Made by a program: the position numbers and the translations under genes
Notes under the pieces: generated by a model
What the model saw: the letters and a program-made list of their open reading frames with translations, nothing else
Database searches by the model: none
Told to the model about the DNA's origin: nothing
Shown here: in pieces, positions 1-9,362 of the stretch
How the letters are laid out: every line of letters begins with the position of its first letter
Position numbering within the stretch: position 1 is the stretch's first letter
DNA from: a virus
Lineage: Duplodnaviria > Heunggongvirae > Uroviricota > Caudoviricetes
DNA length: 64,000 bases
Virus record (IMG/VR): IMGVR_UViG_645951848_000002
Direction: 5' to 3' (one strand)

Positions 1-87
1 AAATTTATTACTGCTATTCATCAATTCTTTAGCTAAAGTATCTTTTCCTACTCCAGATTTACCTATTATGCAAATTACCTTATACAT
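1..87 (-). CDS. P-loop nucleotide (dNMP/NMP) kinase-like protein, N-terminal fragment; the gene continues past the window start
   Basis: The reverse complement of 1..87 reads MYKVICIIGKSGVGKDTLAKELMNSSNKF. It has a Walker A motif GKSGVGKDT. The ATG at 85..87 is 2 nt after the stop of the upstream ORF. Confidence 0.45.
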   Translation of the reverse strand, partial: MYKVICIIGKSGVGKDTLAKELMNSSNKF

Positions 88-427
88 TTCTATTTTCACC
101 TTTTTCTTTAATAAAATTTATAAATTTATGGAATTGTTCCATATCAATATGTATATAATTTTCTTTAATTATATTTTTATTTTTTAAAATATTAAATACT
201 TCATTATATGTAGAAGGTTTTATTCTTAAATCACCTTCTATTTTTTCATTTTTTTTAGTTAATAAAGATAATTTTATATCATTATTTTTATATATTATTT
301 TAATTTTATTTATTTTATAATCTTTTGATAATATTTTTATTTTTTCTTCTTTAATTAAAGAACAAATACATATTAAATCACTATTGTTAGTAAATTTCAG
401 TTCTTCTATATCTTTAATTTTTGCCAT
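80..427 (-). CDS. hypothetical protein (115 aa), K/N-rich
   Basis: Long ORF in DNA that is very rich in stop codons, co-oriented with the rest of the array. No motif recognised. Confidence 0.5.
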   Translation of the reverse strand: MAKIKDIEELKFTNNSDLICICSLIKEEKIKILSKDYKINKIKIIYKNNDIKLSLLTKKNEKIEGDLRIKPSTYNEVFNILKNKNIIKENYIHIDMEQFHKFINFIKEKGENRNV

Positions 428-582
428 TAATTTTCTCCCTCAATGCTCTTAATAATGCCTCTTTATCAAAAAACTTTTTTTTATCTTTACAAATTCCTTT
501 TTTCCAATCTCCAGTAGTGAGATCAATTATTTCTTGTAGTGGTTTTTTTAATATTTTTTCAAATAATTCCCAGTCCAACATC

Positions 583-1128
583 TTAATCACCTAGTTCTAA
601 ATTTAAATTTAATTCAACATTTATTTCTGGAACTTCTGTTTCATCTAAACTTCTATAAATAAAATATAAAGAATTATTATCTATTAATCTATTCCAAGAA
701 TAAGTATTTATATCATCAAAACTATAAAATTGTTTAAATTTATATGCTTCAGTTGGAGAAAATGGTACTTTTTTATTTAAAGCATCTTTTATGTCATTAT
801 CAGTTTTTATTTCAAAACATATCAAGTTACATCTTTTTAATTTACCATTTATATTAGCTACACATTTTAATCCTTCTAGATATTTAGTTATCAAACCAGA
901 AAAATCAAATTCTTGTTTTAAAAAAGTAGAAATAATTGATTCAGCTTCATCTCTTTTAGCATTATCTTCTAATTCAGTTAACTGTATGTATTTACAAGGA
1001 AGACTATAATAATTAAAATAAGGATTTGAAGTTATTAGATATTTTCCTTCTGAATTTTTTATAATAAACATAACTATTAAATTTTCTCTATTTCTTAATA
1101 AAACATCTTTTATATTTCCTATTATCAT
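583..1128 (-). CDS. hypothetical protein (181 aa); weak, degenerate Nudix-box-like stretch (ELEDNAKRDEAESI)
   Basis: ORF length and position. The motif resemblance is weak. Confidence 0.5.
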   Translation of the reverse strand: MIIGNIKDVLLRNRENLIVMFIIKNSEGKYLITSNPYFNYYSLPCKYIQLTELEDNAKRDEAESIISTFLKQEFDFSGLITKYLEGLKCVANINGKLKRCNLICFEIKTDNDIKDALNKKVPFSPTEAYKFKQFYSFDDINTYSWNRLIDNNSLYFIYRSLDETEVPEINVELNLNLELGD

Positions 1129-1982
1129 TTATTTTCACCTTTTATTATTCTTGCTTGTTCTATTAAATTACTAGCAAAATCAGTTTCAAATATTTTTACT
1201 GCTAATTCATATAATGTTTGCATATCACAAATAACATTTTCTATATATTCTATTTTATTTACATTATCTTTCTTTTTCAGTTGTTTAGAATTATAATTTT
1301 CTACTCTTTCTGATAAATTCATATGTTTTTCTTTTTCATAATAATTATATAAAATATCCCATCTTTCTTTTATTTCATTAATACCTTTTCTTCTTATTAT
1401 TTCATTAATCATTTGTCTTTGAGATTTACCTTTAATATGGTTTGTCATTCCATCAATTAATTGTTGCTTTCTTGAATTTTCTAATTCTAAAGGCTTTACA
1501 TATTCTAATTGATATTCAGTCATATTAGATGCCAATTCTTCTTTTGAATTAGAATTGATTATTTTTAATAACATTTCATCTTGTTTTGATATTTGTTTTA
1601 TTTCTTGTCTTAATCTGAAATAATTATCTAACAATTGTTCATATAAATCATAAGATAATTCATCATCCATAAATTTTAATAATTTAGCATAACCTCTTTC
1701 AGATAATATATAAGCATATTTTTGACCGTTAGAAGTTTTTAATCCAAGGTTATTTAAAATCACCTCGAAATTTTTATCGCTTAATAAATCAATAACATCA
1801 ATAAAATCTTTAAATTTATCTCTATTCTTGTTTATTAATTTATTAACTTCTTTTAATTCTCTTTTGTGAATTTTTGCTATATCAGCAACTGAGATTGCTT
1901 TTTTATTTTTTCCAAATCCGCCTTCAATTCCTTCAAATTCATAATTGTTTATTTTTACCAATCCTGTTTTTTTTAACTCCAT
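1125..1982 (-). CDS. phage antirepressor-like protein (ORF6N/KilA-N-type N-terminal domain)
   Basis: The N-terminus (ISVADIAKIHKRELKEVNKLINKNRDKF ... GQKYAYILSERGYAKL) resembles ORF6N/antirepressor domains. There is a 4-nt overlap with the downstream gene. Confidence 0.55.
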   Translation of the reverse strand: MELKKTGLVKINNYEFEGIEGGFGKNKKAISVADIAKIHKRELKEVNKLINKNRDKFKDFIDVIDLLSDKNFEVILNNLGLKTSNGQKYAYILSERGYAKLLKFMDDELSYDLYEQLLDNYFRLRQEIKQISKQDEMLLKIINSNSKEELASNMTEYQLEYVKPLELENSRKQQLIDGMTNHIKGKSQRQMINEIIRRKGINEIKERWDILYNYYEKEKHMNLSERVENYNSKQLKKKDNVNKIEYIENVICDMQTLYELAVKIFETDFASNLIEQARIIKGENK

Positions 1983-1994
1983 TTTTTTCTCCTT

Positions 1995-2510
1995 TTAGCT
2001 TTTAGGTATAATCATTTTAATTGCTTGGTAATAAGCATAAGATAAATCTCTACTTCTAGTTGCATCATCAACGAACCATTTAGAAAATTCATAATCCATT
2101 TTTATTTGTTCATATTCAGATGTTTTTTTAAACATTCTTTCTTCTATTTCTCTTTTTATAATTAATTGTTTTTCCGTTTTTGTTGATAATTCTCCTATTA
2201 ATTCAAGATTTTCTACTTCTTTAGTTATCTTGAACTTATCTAATTCCATTTGTTTTTTAGATAATTCCATTTTCTTTCTAATTGTAATAGATAATTGTTG
2301 CACAAAAGATAAAATTATATCTTGATGTTCCATAATTATTATTGCTTCACTTAATGCTTTGTTAAAATTTGTATAATCAATTTTATCAATACTTGTCTTT
2401 TTATTAAAATTCTGTTCAAATTCTTTAATTTTATTAAAAATAGCATCTTGATTTTTTTCTCCATATTTAAAAAGTAATTCTTTGAAATTTGAAGTTTCAT
2501 TACTTATCAT
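1995..2510 (-). CDS. hypothetical protein (171 aa)
   Basis: ORF only. Confidence 0.5.
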   Translation of the reverse strand: MISNETSNFKELLFKYGEKNQDAIFNKIKEFEQNFNKKTSIDKIDYTNFNKALSEAIIIMEHQDIILSFVQQLSITIRKKMELSKKQMELDKFKITKEVENLELIGELSTKTEKQLIIKREIEERMFKKTSEYEQIKMDYEFSKWFVDDATRSRDLSYAYYQAIKMIIPKS

Positions 2511-2528
2511 TTATTTAAAACTCCTTCC

Positions 2529-2717
2529 TTATTTATTAGATAAAACATAAAAACAAAGTATTTTATTGATAATTTTTTGTTCAATATTATTTTTTTTTAA
2601 TTCTTTTTCTATGTTGATTATATCTATACATAGTTGTATTGCTTTTCCAGTAGGTTGTTCTATAATTCTTTGAGGAACAGGTGGCCTTTTATTTTCTTTA
2701 TTTTCTACTTTTATCAT
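2529..2717 (-). CDS. small hypothetical protein (62 aa)
   Basis: Short ORF overlapping the next gene by 20 nt; weak support. Confidence 0.3.
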   Translation of the reverse strand: MIKVENKENKRPPVPQRIIEQPTGKAIQLCIDIINIEKELKKNNIEQKIINKILCFYVLSNK

Positions 2718-3249
2718 TTTCTTTCCTTTCTTCAGTAAAATGATTTATTATTTCTTTGATATTTTCTTCTGTTAAACCATCTTTTGAATTTATTTTTAAT
2801 ATATTTTCTTTTGGTAAATAAGGCTCGATATCAACAATTTCATCATCTATAATTAAATATTTTTCAATTTTATCTTTAGAAGTTGTATTATATTCATCTA
2901 TCCAAGAACCTATTTGCAAACCTCTAATTCCATTAAATTTATTATTAGTTAATCCTATTACCAGATTATCAGTTATTTTTATTCTTAAAGAATTTCTAAA
3001 ATATTTATATAGAAATTTATTCCAACCATTAATTGTTGTTCCAATTCTCCAAGTTGATGAAATAACTATTTTTATTTCATTATTTTTGCAAAATTCTAAT
3101 AATTTTACAAAATTAAAAAGTATTCTTGTATCAAAATAGAAAAAATCTTTATTGTTTTCAAAGTCATAAGGTAATATTAAACTTAAAGAATATTTATCCT
3201 TTCCAGCAGTATTCACAACTCCATCCATGTCTAAAAAAATTACTTTCAT
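2698..3249 (-). CDS. HAD-superfamily phosphatase (possible polynucleotide 3'-phosphatase or nucleotidase)
   Basis: The N-terminus MKVIFLDMDGVVNT matches HAD motif I (hhhhDxDGT/V). Later IKIVISSTWR fits a motif II-like S/T, and YLIIDDE fits motif IV-like acidic residues. Confidence 0.7.
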   Translation of the reverse strand: MKVIFLDMDGVVNTAGKDKYSLSLILPYDFENNKDFFYFDTRILFNFVKLLEFCKNNEIKIVISSTWRIGTTINGWNKFLYKYFRNSLRIKITDNLVIGLTNNKFNGIRGLQIGSWIDEYNTTSKDKIEKYLIIDDEIVDIEPYLPKENILKINSKDGLTEENIKEIINHFTEERKENDKSRK

Positions 3250-3545
3250 ATTTGTATATTTTCCTCCAATAATATATTTTTAAACTCTTTTTTTATATTG
3301 TTTATTTTATTTTCATTTTTTTCTGATATTTCATAAATTAATTCTATATCTTTATTTTTTTTATCTAATCTGCAATCTTTTATATTAAAGATATATTTAT
3401 TTTTTGAATTAACTAATTCTTCAAAAAAATCAATATTATTAAAATGTTCTTTTATAACAGATATAAAAGAATCTGTTTTATCTATACTATAAGTAGATAT
3501 TTTTAACATATCTTTATAAGTATCTATTTTGTGAGTTATTGCCAT
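3246..3545 (-). CDS. hypothetical protein (99 aa)
   Basis: ORF with a 4-nt overlap with the HAD phosphatase gene. Confidence 0.45.
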   Translation of the reverse strand: MAITHKIDTYKDMLKISTYSIDKTDSFISVIKEHFNNIDFFEELVNSKNKYIFNIKDCRLDKKNKDIELIYEISEKNENKINNIKKEFKNILLEENIQI

Positions 3546-3559
3546 AAAAACTCCTTATA

Positions 3560-3805
3560 TTATTTCTCAAATAGTATATACACTGCATTCATACCATTAC
3601 CTACTACACTAACAGATACAACTTTAGCTTTATATCTATCGTATTCTTCTTTAATTGCATCATTAATTATCTTTTCATTTGTTTTAATTTTTTTTGAATA
3701 ACTTATAGCATATGACAGTTCATATACTTTAACATATGTTTCAGCAAAGCTAGCTACACTTAATAGAAGTATCAATATCAGCATTAATTTCTTCATACTA
3801 AACAC
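3560..3805 (-). CDS. small secreted or membrane-anchored protein (signal-peptide-like MKKLMLILILLLSVASFA)
   Basis: Hydrophobic N-terminus followed by a polar body. The listed start is GTG; an internal ATG at 3796 is more likely. Confidence 0.45.
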   Translation of the reverse strand: MFSMKKLMLILILLLSVASFAETYVKVYELSYAISYSKKIKTNEKIINDAIKEEYDRYKAKVVSVSVVGNGMNAVYILFEK

Positions 3806-3809
3806 CTCC

Positions 3810-5177
3810 TTATATTTCTAATGTTCCAAAAGAACGTGTAAGTGCAACAAACAATATATAAACTTCATCAAATACATCTTCTTCTTTTTCTTGCTTTTTT
3901 AATAATTCATCTATTGTATAAAAATCATTAGCTAAAACAACTGAATTGAATTCTAATCCTTTACATCTATGAGCTGTAATTAAATGTACATTGTAAGTAT
4001 CTTCACTTTCTTCTGGAATTAAATTTGTTTTTATTTTTTTAAATATATTTTTTAATTCATCTATTCCAAAATTTTTTAATAAAAAAAGAAATTTACTTAT
4101 TTTTCTATCTTTTGATAAATTTTCTAATTGTTCTAATTCTTTAAAAGAACCAATTTTTATTCCTCTATAATTTCTATAACTTTTTGTTAAATCTAATAAT
4201 TTTTCATATATTTCAAAATCTGAAATTATAGAATTAGATAATTTTACTATTTTATTTTCTTTTATTAAATTTAAAGCTTCTAACATTAAATTTTTATTTG
4301 AACGAAAAATTTTAGTATATTGATTTTTATTATCTATTTTTGAAACTATATATTGATTATCATTTACTCCGTTTAATTTTATTGGATTTTCAAAAAATGT
4401 TTCTAATAAATTATTACAATAATCAGAAACTTCTTTTCCTACTCTAAAAGATTTAGTTAATTTGAAATCACATTCTTCCATTCCTAATGCTCCATTATAT
4501 CTATATATTTTTTGATAAGTATCTCCAACTCTAACACTTCTTTTATTTTTAGAAATGTTTTCTATAATTGATAAATAACAAGCTGATACATCTTGAAATT
4601 CATCTATTAAAATAGAATCATAAGAAACAATAGGTTTCATCAATTGAAATAGTTTAATGTACACTTCATGAAACATAGGTGATTCTGAATTACTCAAAAT
4701 ATATTGAATAACTTTTTTTGTATTATTATAAGTTTCTTCATTTAAATTAAAATCTTCTAATCTTTTATCTGATTTTAAATAAGTATGAAGTGCAATTAAT
4801 ACATCTCTTAATCTAAAATCTATATAACTTTCTATAATATTTAATTTTGTCATTATATCGAATAAAGTAAAAAAATCTAAATTTTCATTAAAATTTCTTT
4901 TTTTAAAGTTAGGTATAATATTATTATTCAAAAAAAAATTAAATGCTAAGCTATGAAAAGTATAGACATCAGCATTCAATATTTTTTGTTTATTTAATTT
5001 TTCTTTTATTTCTTCTTTTATTGTAGAGTTAAAACATAGAATTAAATGTTTCTCATTAGTTCTATGTTTTGCAATATTAAGAAGTAAAGTAGTTTTACCA
5101 GTTCCTGGTCCTGCATTTACCACCAAATGTTGTTTATTTGATTGCAAAACAGCTAATTGTTCACTAGATAATTCCAT
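3810..5177 (-). CDS. UvrD/Rep/PcrA-family SF1 DNA helicase
   Basis: Walker A is VVNAGPGTGKTT. Motif II is ILIDEFQD. Motif VI-like is HRCKGLEFNSVVL. The sequence begins with SEQL, as in UvrD-like proteins. Confidence 0.85.
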   Translation of the reverse strand: MELSSEQLAVLQSNKQHLVVNAGPGTGKTTLLLNIAKHRTNEKHLILCFNSTIKEEIKEKLNKQKILNADVYTFHSLAFNFFLNNNIIPNFKKRNFNENLDFFTLFDIMTKLNIIESYIDFRLRDVLIALHTYLKSDKRLEDFNLNEETYNNTKKVIQYILSNSESPMFHEVYIKLFQLMKPIVSYDSILIDEFQDVSACYLSIIENISKNKRSVRVGDTYQKIYRYNGALGMEECDFKLTKSFRVGKEVSDYCNNLLETFFENPIKLNGVNDNQYIVSKIDNKNQYTKIFRSNKNLMLEALNLIKENKIVKLSNSIISDFEIYEKLLDLTKSYRNYRGIKIGSFKELEQLENLSKDRKISKFLFLLKNFGIDELKNIFKKIKTNLIPEESEDTYNVHLITAHRCKGLEFNSVVLANDFYTIDELLKKQEKEEDVFDEVYILFVALTRSFGTLEI

Positions 5178-5192
5178 GTTTTCATCTCCTTT

Positions 5193-5210
5193 AATTACGC
5201 CAGCGTAATT
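5193..5210. promoter_or_regulatory. GC-rich palindromic motif, copy 1 (AATTACGCCAGCGTAATT, perfect 8-bp arms)
   Basis: Lies in the 42-bp gap between genes, 16–33 nt upstream of the helicase start and immediately 5' of its RBS. Confidence 0.5.
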
Positions 5211-5219
5211 TATTTATTT

Positions 5220-5732
5220 TTAATCTTTATTTTCAATACTACCAAATAGTAAAGATAATATTTGGTCCATACTTTTCGGTAATTCTTTTGTAGAACTTCT
5301 AAATTTTCTTGAAGATTCTTTTTTAATTTCTTCTTTTTTATCTCCAATATTTAATTTTTTATAAAGTTCTTTTAAATCTTCATTTGTAGCTTCTTTTGAT
5401 TTTAGTTCATTGTTTTCATCTTTTTCAAATTTATAAACTTTTATATTATGTACCTTATCATTATAATCTTCATAATCATTTTTTTCCTTATCATTATAAA
5501 AAATTTTTATTTGTTCAAATTCTTTTTTGAATGTAGATAACATTAATTCTTTGAAAAATTCTTTAATCTCCTCTTCTTTAAATTTTGAAATTTCATCATT
5601 TAAAAATGATTCTATATTTTCATCATAATTTTCTTTATTAATTTCACCAACAATTACACCTTTTGCTAAATTTCCTTTTACACCATTAATAATTTTTCCT
5701 AATTTATTTTCTAATTCTTCTCTTTTTAGCAT
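5220..5732 (-). CDS. hypothetical protein (170 aa), acidic and K-rich
   Basis: ORF only. Confidence 0.5.
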   Translation of the reverse strand: MLKREELENKLGKIINGVKGNLAKGVIVGEINKENYDENIESFLNDEISKFKEEEIKEFFKELMLSTFKKEFEQIKIFYNDKEKNDYEDYNDKVHNIKVYKFEKDENNELKSKEATNEDLKELYKKLNIGDKKEEIKKESSRKFRSSTKELPKSMDQILSLLFGSIENKD

Positions 5733-5925
5733 TTTTTCCTCCTGTTATTTTTATTTATTTTTATTTTTTAATTCTATCTATTCTTAAATAAATTTTATCA
5801 ATTTTAAATTGTATAAAACTAAGTTCTTTATAAACATCTTCTAAATTTAACTAAGCTATATTATCCTCATCAATATAACCACGAACATTATTAACAGTTA
5901 TTAAATTATTCATCTCACACCTCTT

Positions 5926-6522
5926 TTATTTATGATGTCTAAACCATCTTTTTTTTGTTTGTATTCCTTTTAAACTATGTCTTAATTTAGCAATATTTTT
6001 AGGAAGATAAATATGGTCAACATCTTCATCTTCTATTATCTCATCATAGTTTTTTACTTTTGAAATTATTTCTTTATCTTTTGTATATAAATGAACTTTT
6101 CTATTTTTTAGTAAATCTTTGATATTAGACATTTTCCCTGAATGAGAATAAAAAGCATTTACATCAAATCTGATTTGAGATTTATTACCTATTACTTCAC
6201 AAGAAACAGAACCAGCTGATTCATCGTAATTATCTAGGTTAGTATAAGTACAATATGCTTCATGATAAGCTTCTTCTATTGTTCTCCAAGATTCTCTTTC
6301 ATTATTAGAGAATTTAACACCATATATATTAGGTATACCTATTTTTTCTTTTAAAAAAGTAATACTATATAAATCTATATTAAAACAACTAGTACATAAC
6401 ACAATATCCAAATCTGTTAATTTAAATCTTTTTATATGTTGTTCATTATTTTCATAATAAGCTATATGTAAGTATTTTTTATTAGCTAATTTACCATATT
6501 CTTTTTTTAACCAATTTTTCAT
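5926..6522 (-). CDS. hypothetical protein (198 aa) directly upstream of the RNA ligase
   Basis: ORF only. Its position next to the RNA ligase suggests a possible RNA-repair partner (inference). Confidence 0.5.
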   Translation of the reverse strand: MKNWLKKEYGKLANKKYLHIAYYENNEQHIKRFKLTDLDIVLCTSCFNIDLYSITFLKEKIGIPNIYGVKFSNNERESWRTIEEAYHEAYCTYTNLDNYDESAGSVSCEVIGNKSQIRFDVNAFYSHSGKMSNIKDLLKNRKVHLYTKDKEIISKVKNYDEIIEDEDVDHIYLPKNIAKLRHSLKGIQTKKRWFRHHK

Positions 6523-6534
6523 CTAATGCTCCTT

Positions 6535-7626
6535 TTATACAATAGCTCCTATGTGTTTTTGATACCATTCAGAAGCTGAATTGCCTACTACTTTTTTAAC
6601 ATTTTTTAAACTTAAATTGTTATTTTCTATAAAAATTTTATCTTCTCTTAGACAATCTTCTATTACCCAATTAATAAAAACTTTTATATTACTCATTGTT
6701 TCTCTTAGTGATAATTCTTTTAAGTATTCTAATCCTTGTTTCATTCTGGATTCTGTAATTAAATTATCTTTTATAAAATCTAACTCTTGTAATAATTTTA
6801 GATTTTTTTCTAAATTAGCTTTTTGTGCTTTTGATTGAAATTTCTCAATTTTAGATTTAAAGAAACAAATTTCATTATTTAATTCATAATGCCAAACAAT
6901 TCCTTCTCCACAATTATATTCTAAATTCAATTTATTAGATAAACCTAATTTTTCACAGAATAAACATTTATTTTTATATATTGAAGTATATTCTAAGACT
7001 TTTTCTTTTAACCAATTTAGATTTTCTTTTATATTTACTTCAATTTCAAAATCTTGTTTAAAATTCCCAAATATTCTATATTCCTCATTCCATAATTTTA
7101 AATTTTCTGGAATTACTATTTTATCAGTTCTTTCTTTTTTATTTATAATTCTTATACAAAATGGGGCAAAAAACATTTTAAAATAACTAGTAGCTATTTT
7201 TTCCCCTATTTTATCTCCAGCATATTCACCATAAATAATTACAGTATTATATTCACTTATATATTTTTTTAATTGCAATCTAAGCCAATTAATTTTTTCC
7301 TTTGTCATAAATTCAATAAAACCGTAACTATCATTTTCTTTTTCTAATAATAAATTTCTTCCTTGTAATCTAACTTCATCATCATCAAATACTACACTAA
7401 CATTAGTTCCATTTATTTTTGTTATACCTTTTAAAGTAATTTTATCTTGATTTATTTTATAAGCATCTCTTTGTAACTTGTAAATAAATTCATTAAAATA
7501 TTCTATATGTTGAAATTTAATAGCTTCAATACTCAACGAAATCCTCCTTTTCTTTTTCTTGTAAATTTTCACAAGTTGTTTTATACTTGCAATTATTACA
7601 TTGAAAACATTTATATTTTTGTCCAT
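6535..7626 (-). CDS. ATP-dependent RNA ligase (T4 Rnl2-like nucleotidyltransferase)
   Basis: KINGTNVSVVF matches nucleotidyltransferase motif I (KxxG, cf. T4 Rnl2 KIHGTN). IIYGEYAGDKIG fits a downstream motif. The size is right. The listed start overlaps the upstream ORF by 100 nt, so the true start may be further in. Confidence 0.6.
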   Translation of the reverse strand: MDKNINVFNVIIASIKQLVKIYKKKKRRISLSIEAIKFQHIEYFNEFIYKLQRDAYKINQDKITLKGITKINGTNVSVVFDDDEVRLQGRNLLLEKENDSYGFIEFMTKEKINWLRLQLKKYISEYNTVIIYGEYAGDKIGEKIATSYFKMFFAPFCIRIINKKERTDKIVIPENLKLWNEEYRIFGNFKQDFEIEVNIKENLNWLKEKVLEYTSIYKNKCLFCEKLGLSNKLNLEYNCGEGIVWHYELNNEICFFKSKIEKFQSKAQKANLEKNLKLLQELDFIKDNLITESRMKQGLEYLKELSLRETMSNIKVFINWVIEDCLREDKIFIENNNLSLKNVKKVVGNSASEWYQKHIGAIV

Positions 7627-8500
7627 TTAATAATTTTTCAACTTCAAAATCTTCTATTATTCCATAATTTTTCATATCAATCACTTGACTATTATTTAAA
7701 GTTTCGTTTGTAAAAATAGTATTTGGTAAAATATCTTCAGAAATACATTTAGAAAAATATTCTATTTGTTCAAGAAAATCTTTTACATTTATTTCATCAG
7801 AAATTTCGCCATTAATTGAAAGAAAACTATTTTTAAAACCAAAATTAAATTCTGAAATAAAATCTGGATTATTTTTCCCTATATATATAATTTTTGCTGG
7901 TTTTCTATATAAATACATACATAAAATTATTTCTGGAAGATGGTAATTTAATGGAATTTGTTTTTGATATTTTGAAAAAACTTTATTTTTTATTATTCCA
8001 ACAGAATCGTTTACTGGTTTTATAAATAAAAGATATTCTTTTTTTTTATCATAATCTATAATTATTGCATCTTCTGTTGTTTCTATTTTTATATCATATA
8101 AACTAAATATTTCTTTTTTTGGTTCTTCTATTAAATTTAATAATCTTAATTTTCTTAAAAATTGTTCTTTATATAAAATATTTTTTTCTATTTCTTCATA
8201 TACTTTTGAGCTAACTATATCTGAATATGAATTTTTAAATCTAAAATAATTTTCTCTCATACAATGTCCAATTTCTAATTCATCAGAATTATTTATTTTT
8301 AAAGAGAAATCGGAAGTTTTAAACAATTTTTCTTTAATTACTTTTTCATTTTCAGAATTCATATAATCTGTGTCTTCATTATTTAATGTATTTATATATA
8401 TATCATAAATTTCTTTTACATATTCTAACCAAGTTTTTTTCTCTTCTATTGTTTCATCATTTAATATTTGATTTACTATATTGTTTTCATTAAATTCCAT
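7526..8500 (-). CDS. hypothetical protein with a C-terminal Cys cluster (CFQCNNCKYKTTC); possible Cas4/RecB-like PD-(D/E)xK nuclease
   Basis: The C-terminal CxxCxxCx5C cluster plus an upstream Cys resembles the Fe-S cluster of Cas4-type phage exonucleases. IIIDYDKKKEYLLFIK is a possible D...ExK core. The assignment is tentative. Confidence 0.4.
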   Translation of the reverse strand: MEFNENNIVNQILNDETIEEKKTWLEYVKEIYDIYINTLNNEDTDYMNSENEKVIKEKLFKTSDFSLKINNSDELEIGHCMRENYFRFKNSYSDIVSSKVYEEIEKNILYKEQFLRKLRLLNLIEEPKKEIFSLYDIKIETTEDAIIIDYDKKKEYLLFIKPVNDSVGIIKNKVFSKYQKQIPLNYHLPEIILCMYLYRKPAKIIYIGKNNPDFISEFNFGFKNSFLSINGEISDEINVKDFLEQIEYFSKCISEDILPNTIFTNETLNNSQVIDMKNYGIIEDFEVEKLLNGQKYKCFQCNNCKYKTTCENLQEKEKEDFVEY

Positions 8501-8520
8501 TTTTCCCCCTTTTTTTATTT

Positions 8521-9012
8521 TTAAATTTCTTCTGTTTTTATTTTTTCCCAGAAATCTAATATTTTATTTCTTGCTATAATAGCTTCTTCTTCTGTTTGGA
8601 AGTAATTCCCTATATTATAATATGTTTCGTCGGAATATTCACTTTCTTCTAAAAGTTTAACTACTTTACCTTTACCAGACACAGCATAATAGCAATCAGT
8701 TCTTTCTCCTCTCCAACGTATTCCATATTTTTTATTTACTTCTGTTATTATTTTTTTAATATAATCTATATGTTTATTTTCTATAGTATATAAAGTTTCA
8801 ATTTTTTCTTTATAATTTATATTTAAAACAGGTCTATCTTTTACTAAATTATAATAAAATTCAGTTCTATCTTCGTTTATTGAAAATAAGATATCATCTT
8901 TTATTATTTTAATGTCTTTTTTTAATATAGAATCATTAAATTTAATAATTTTAAAAACACTATAATCATTATCAATTTTTTCTATTTTTATTTCTAATAC
9001 TGATTTTTTCAT
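8521..9012 (-). CDS. hypothetical protein, member of the 'KIxKIDxxYSxFKII' N-terminal family
   Basis: The N-terminus VLEIKIEKIDNDYSVFKIIKFN is shared with 9009..9350 and 30944..31474. Confidence 0.5.
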   Translation of the reverse strand: MKKSVLEIKIEKIDNDYSVFKIIKFNDSILKKDIKIIKDDILFSINEDRTEFYYNLVKDRPVLNINYKEKIETLYTIENKHIDYIKKIITEVNKKYGIRWRGERTDCYYAVSGKGKVVKLLEESEYSDETYYNIGNYFQTEEEAIIARNKILDFWEKIKTEEI

Positions 9013-9350
9013 GAGTGCTCCTTTGAAATATTATAAGAATATTTTTCATTTATTGTTTTTATTAAATAATTAAATCTTTCAATATATTCATTTTCTATTA
9101 CGAATGGTTTTAATTTATCATCTTCATGAAAATATAAATTAAACACATGATAAATTTCGTTATTTATTACTTCCATTCTAAAGTAACTGCTTTTTTGTGT
9201 TATTTTAAAATAAAATTTTTTATATAAATGTATATCTGTTTTTATTTCTGTTCCTAGTTTTAAAATATTTTTATTAAAATAAATTATTTTAAAATAACTA
9301 TATTTATCATTTATTTTGTTTATTTTAATTTTTAATACTTTATTTTCCAT
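9009..9350 (-). CDS. hypothetical protein, member of the 'KIxKIDxxYSxFKII' N-terminal family
   Basis: N-terminus VLKIKINKINDKYSYFKIIYFN. Overlaps the upstream paralogue by 4 nt. Confidence 0.5.
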   Translation of the reverse strand: MENKVLKIKINKINDKYSYFKIIYFNKNILKLGTEIKTDIHLYKKFYFKITQKSSYFRMEVINNEIYHVFNLYFHEDDKLKPFVIENEYIERFNYLIKTINEKYSYNISKEHS

Positions 9351-9362
9351 AATTCTCCTTAG

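Noticed and set aside
428-581. A 52-codon ORF (MLDWELFEKILKKPLQEIIDLTTGDWKKGICKDKKKFFDKEALLRALREKINGKN) between 427 and 583 on the minus strand.
   Set aside because: It is plausible, since it fills an otherwise empty gap and overlaps the downstream start. But it is below a defensible length and motif threshold, so it is left unannotated.
5733-5925. The 193-bp gap scanned for tRNA or small RNA. It holds a tiny ORF, MNNLITVNNVRGYIDEDNIA.
   Set aside because: There are no tRNA-like conserved boxes (GTTCRANYC T-loop, D-loop GG). The mini-ORF is too short and lacks an RBS, so nothing is called.
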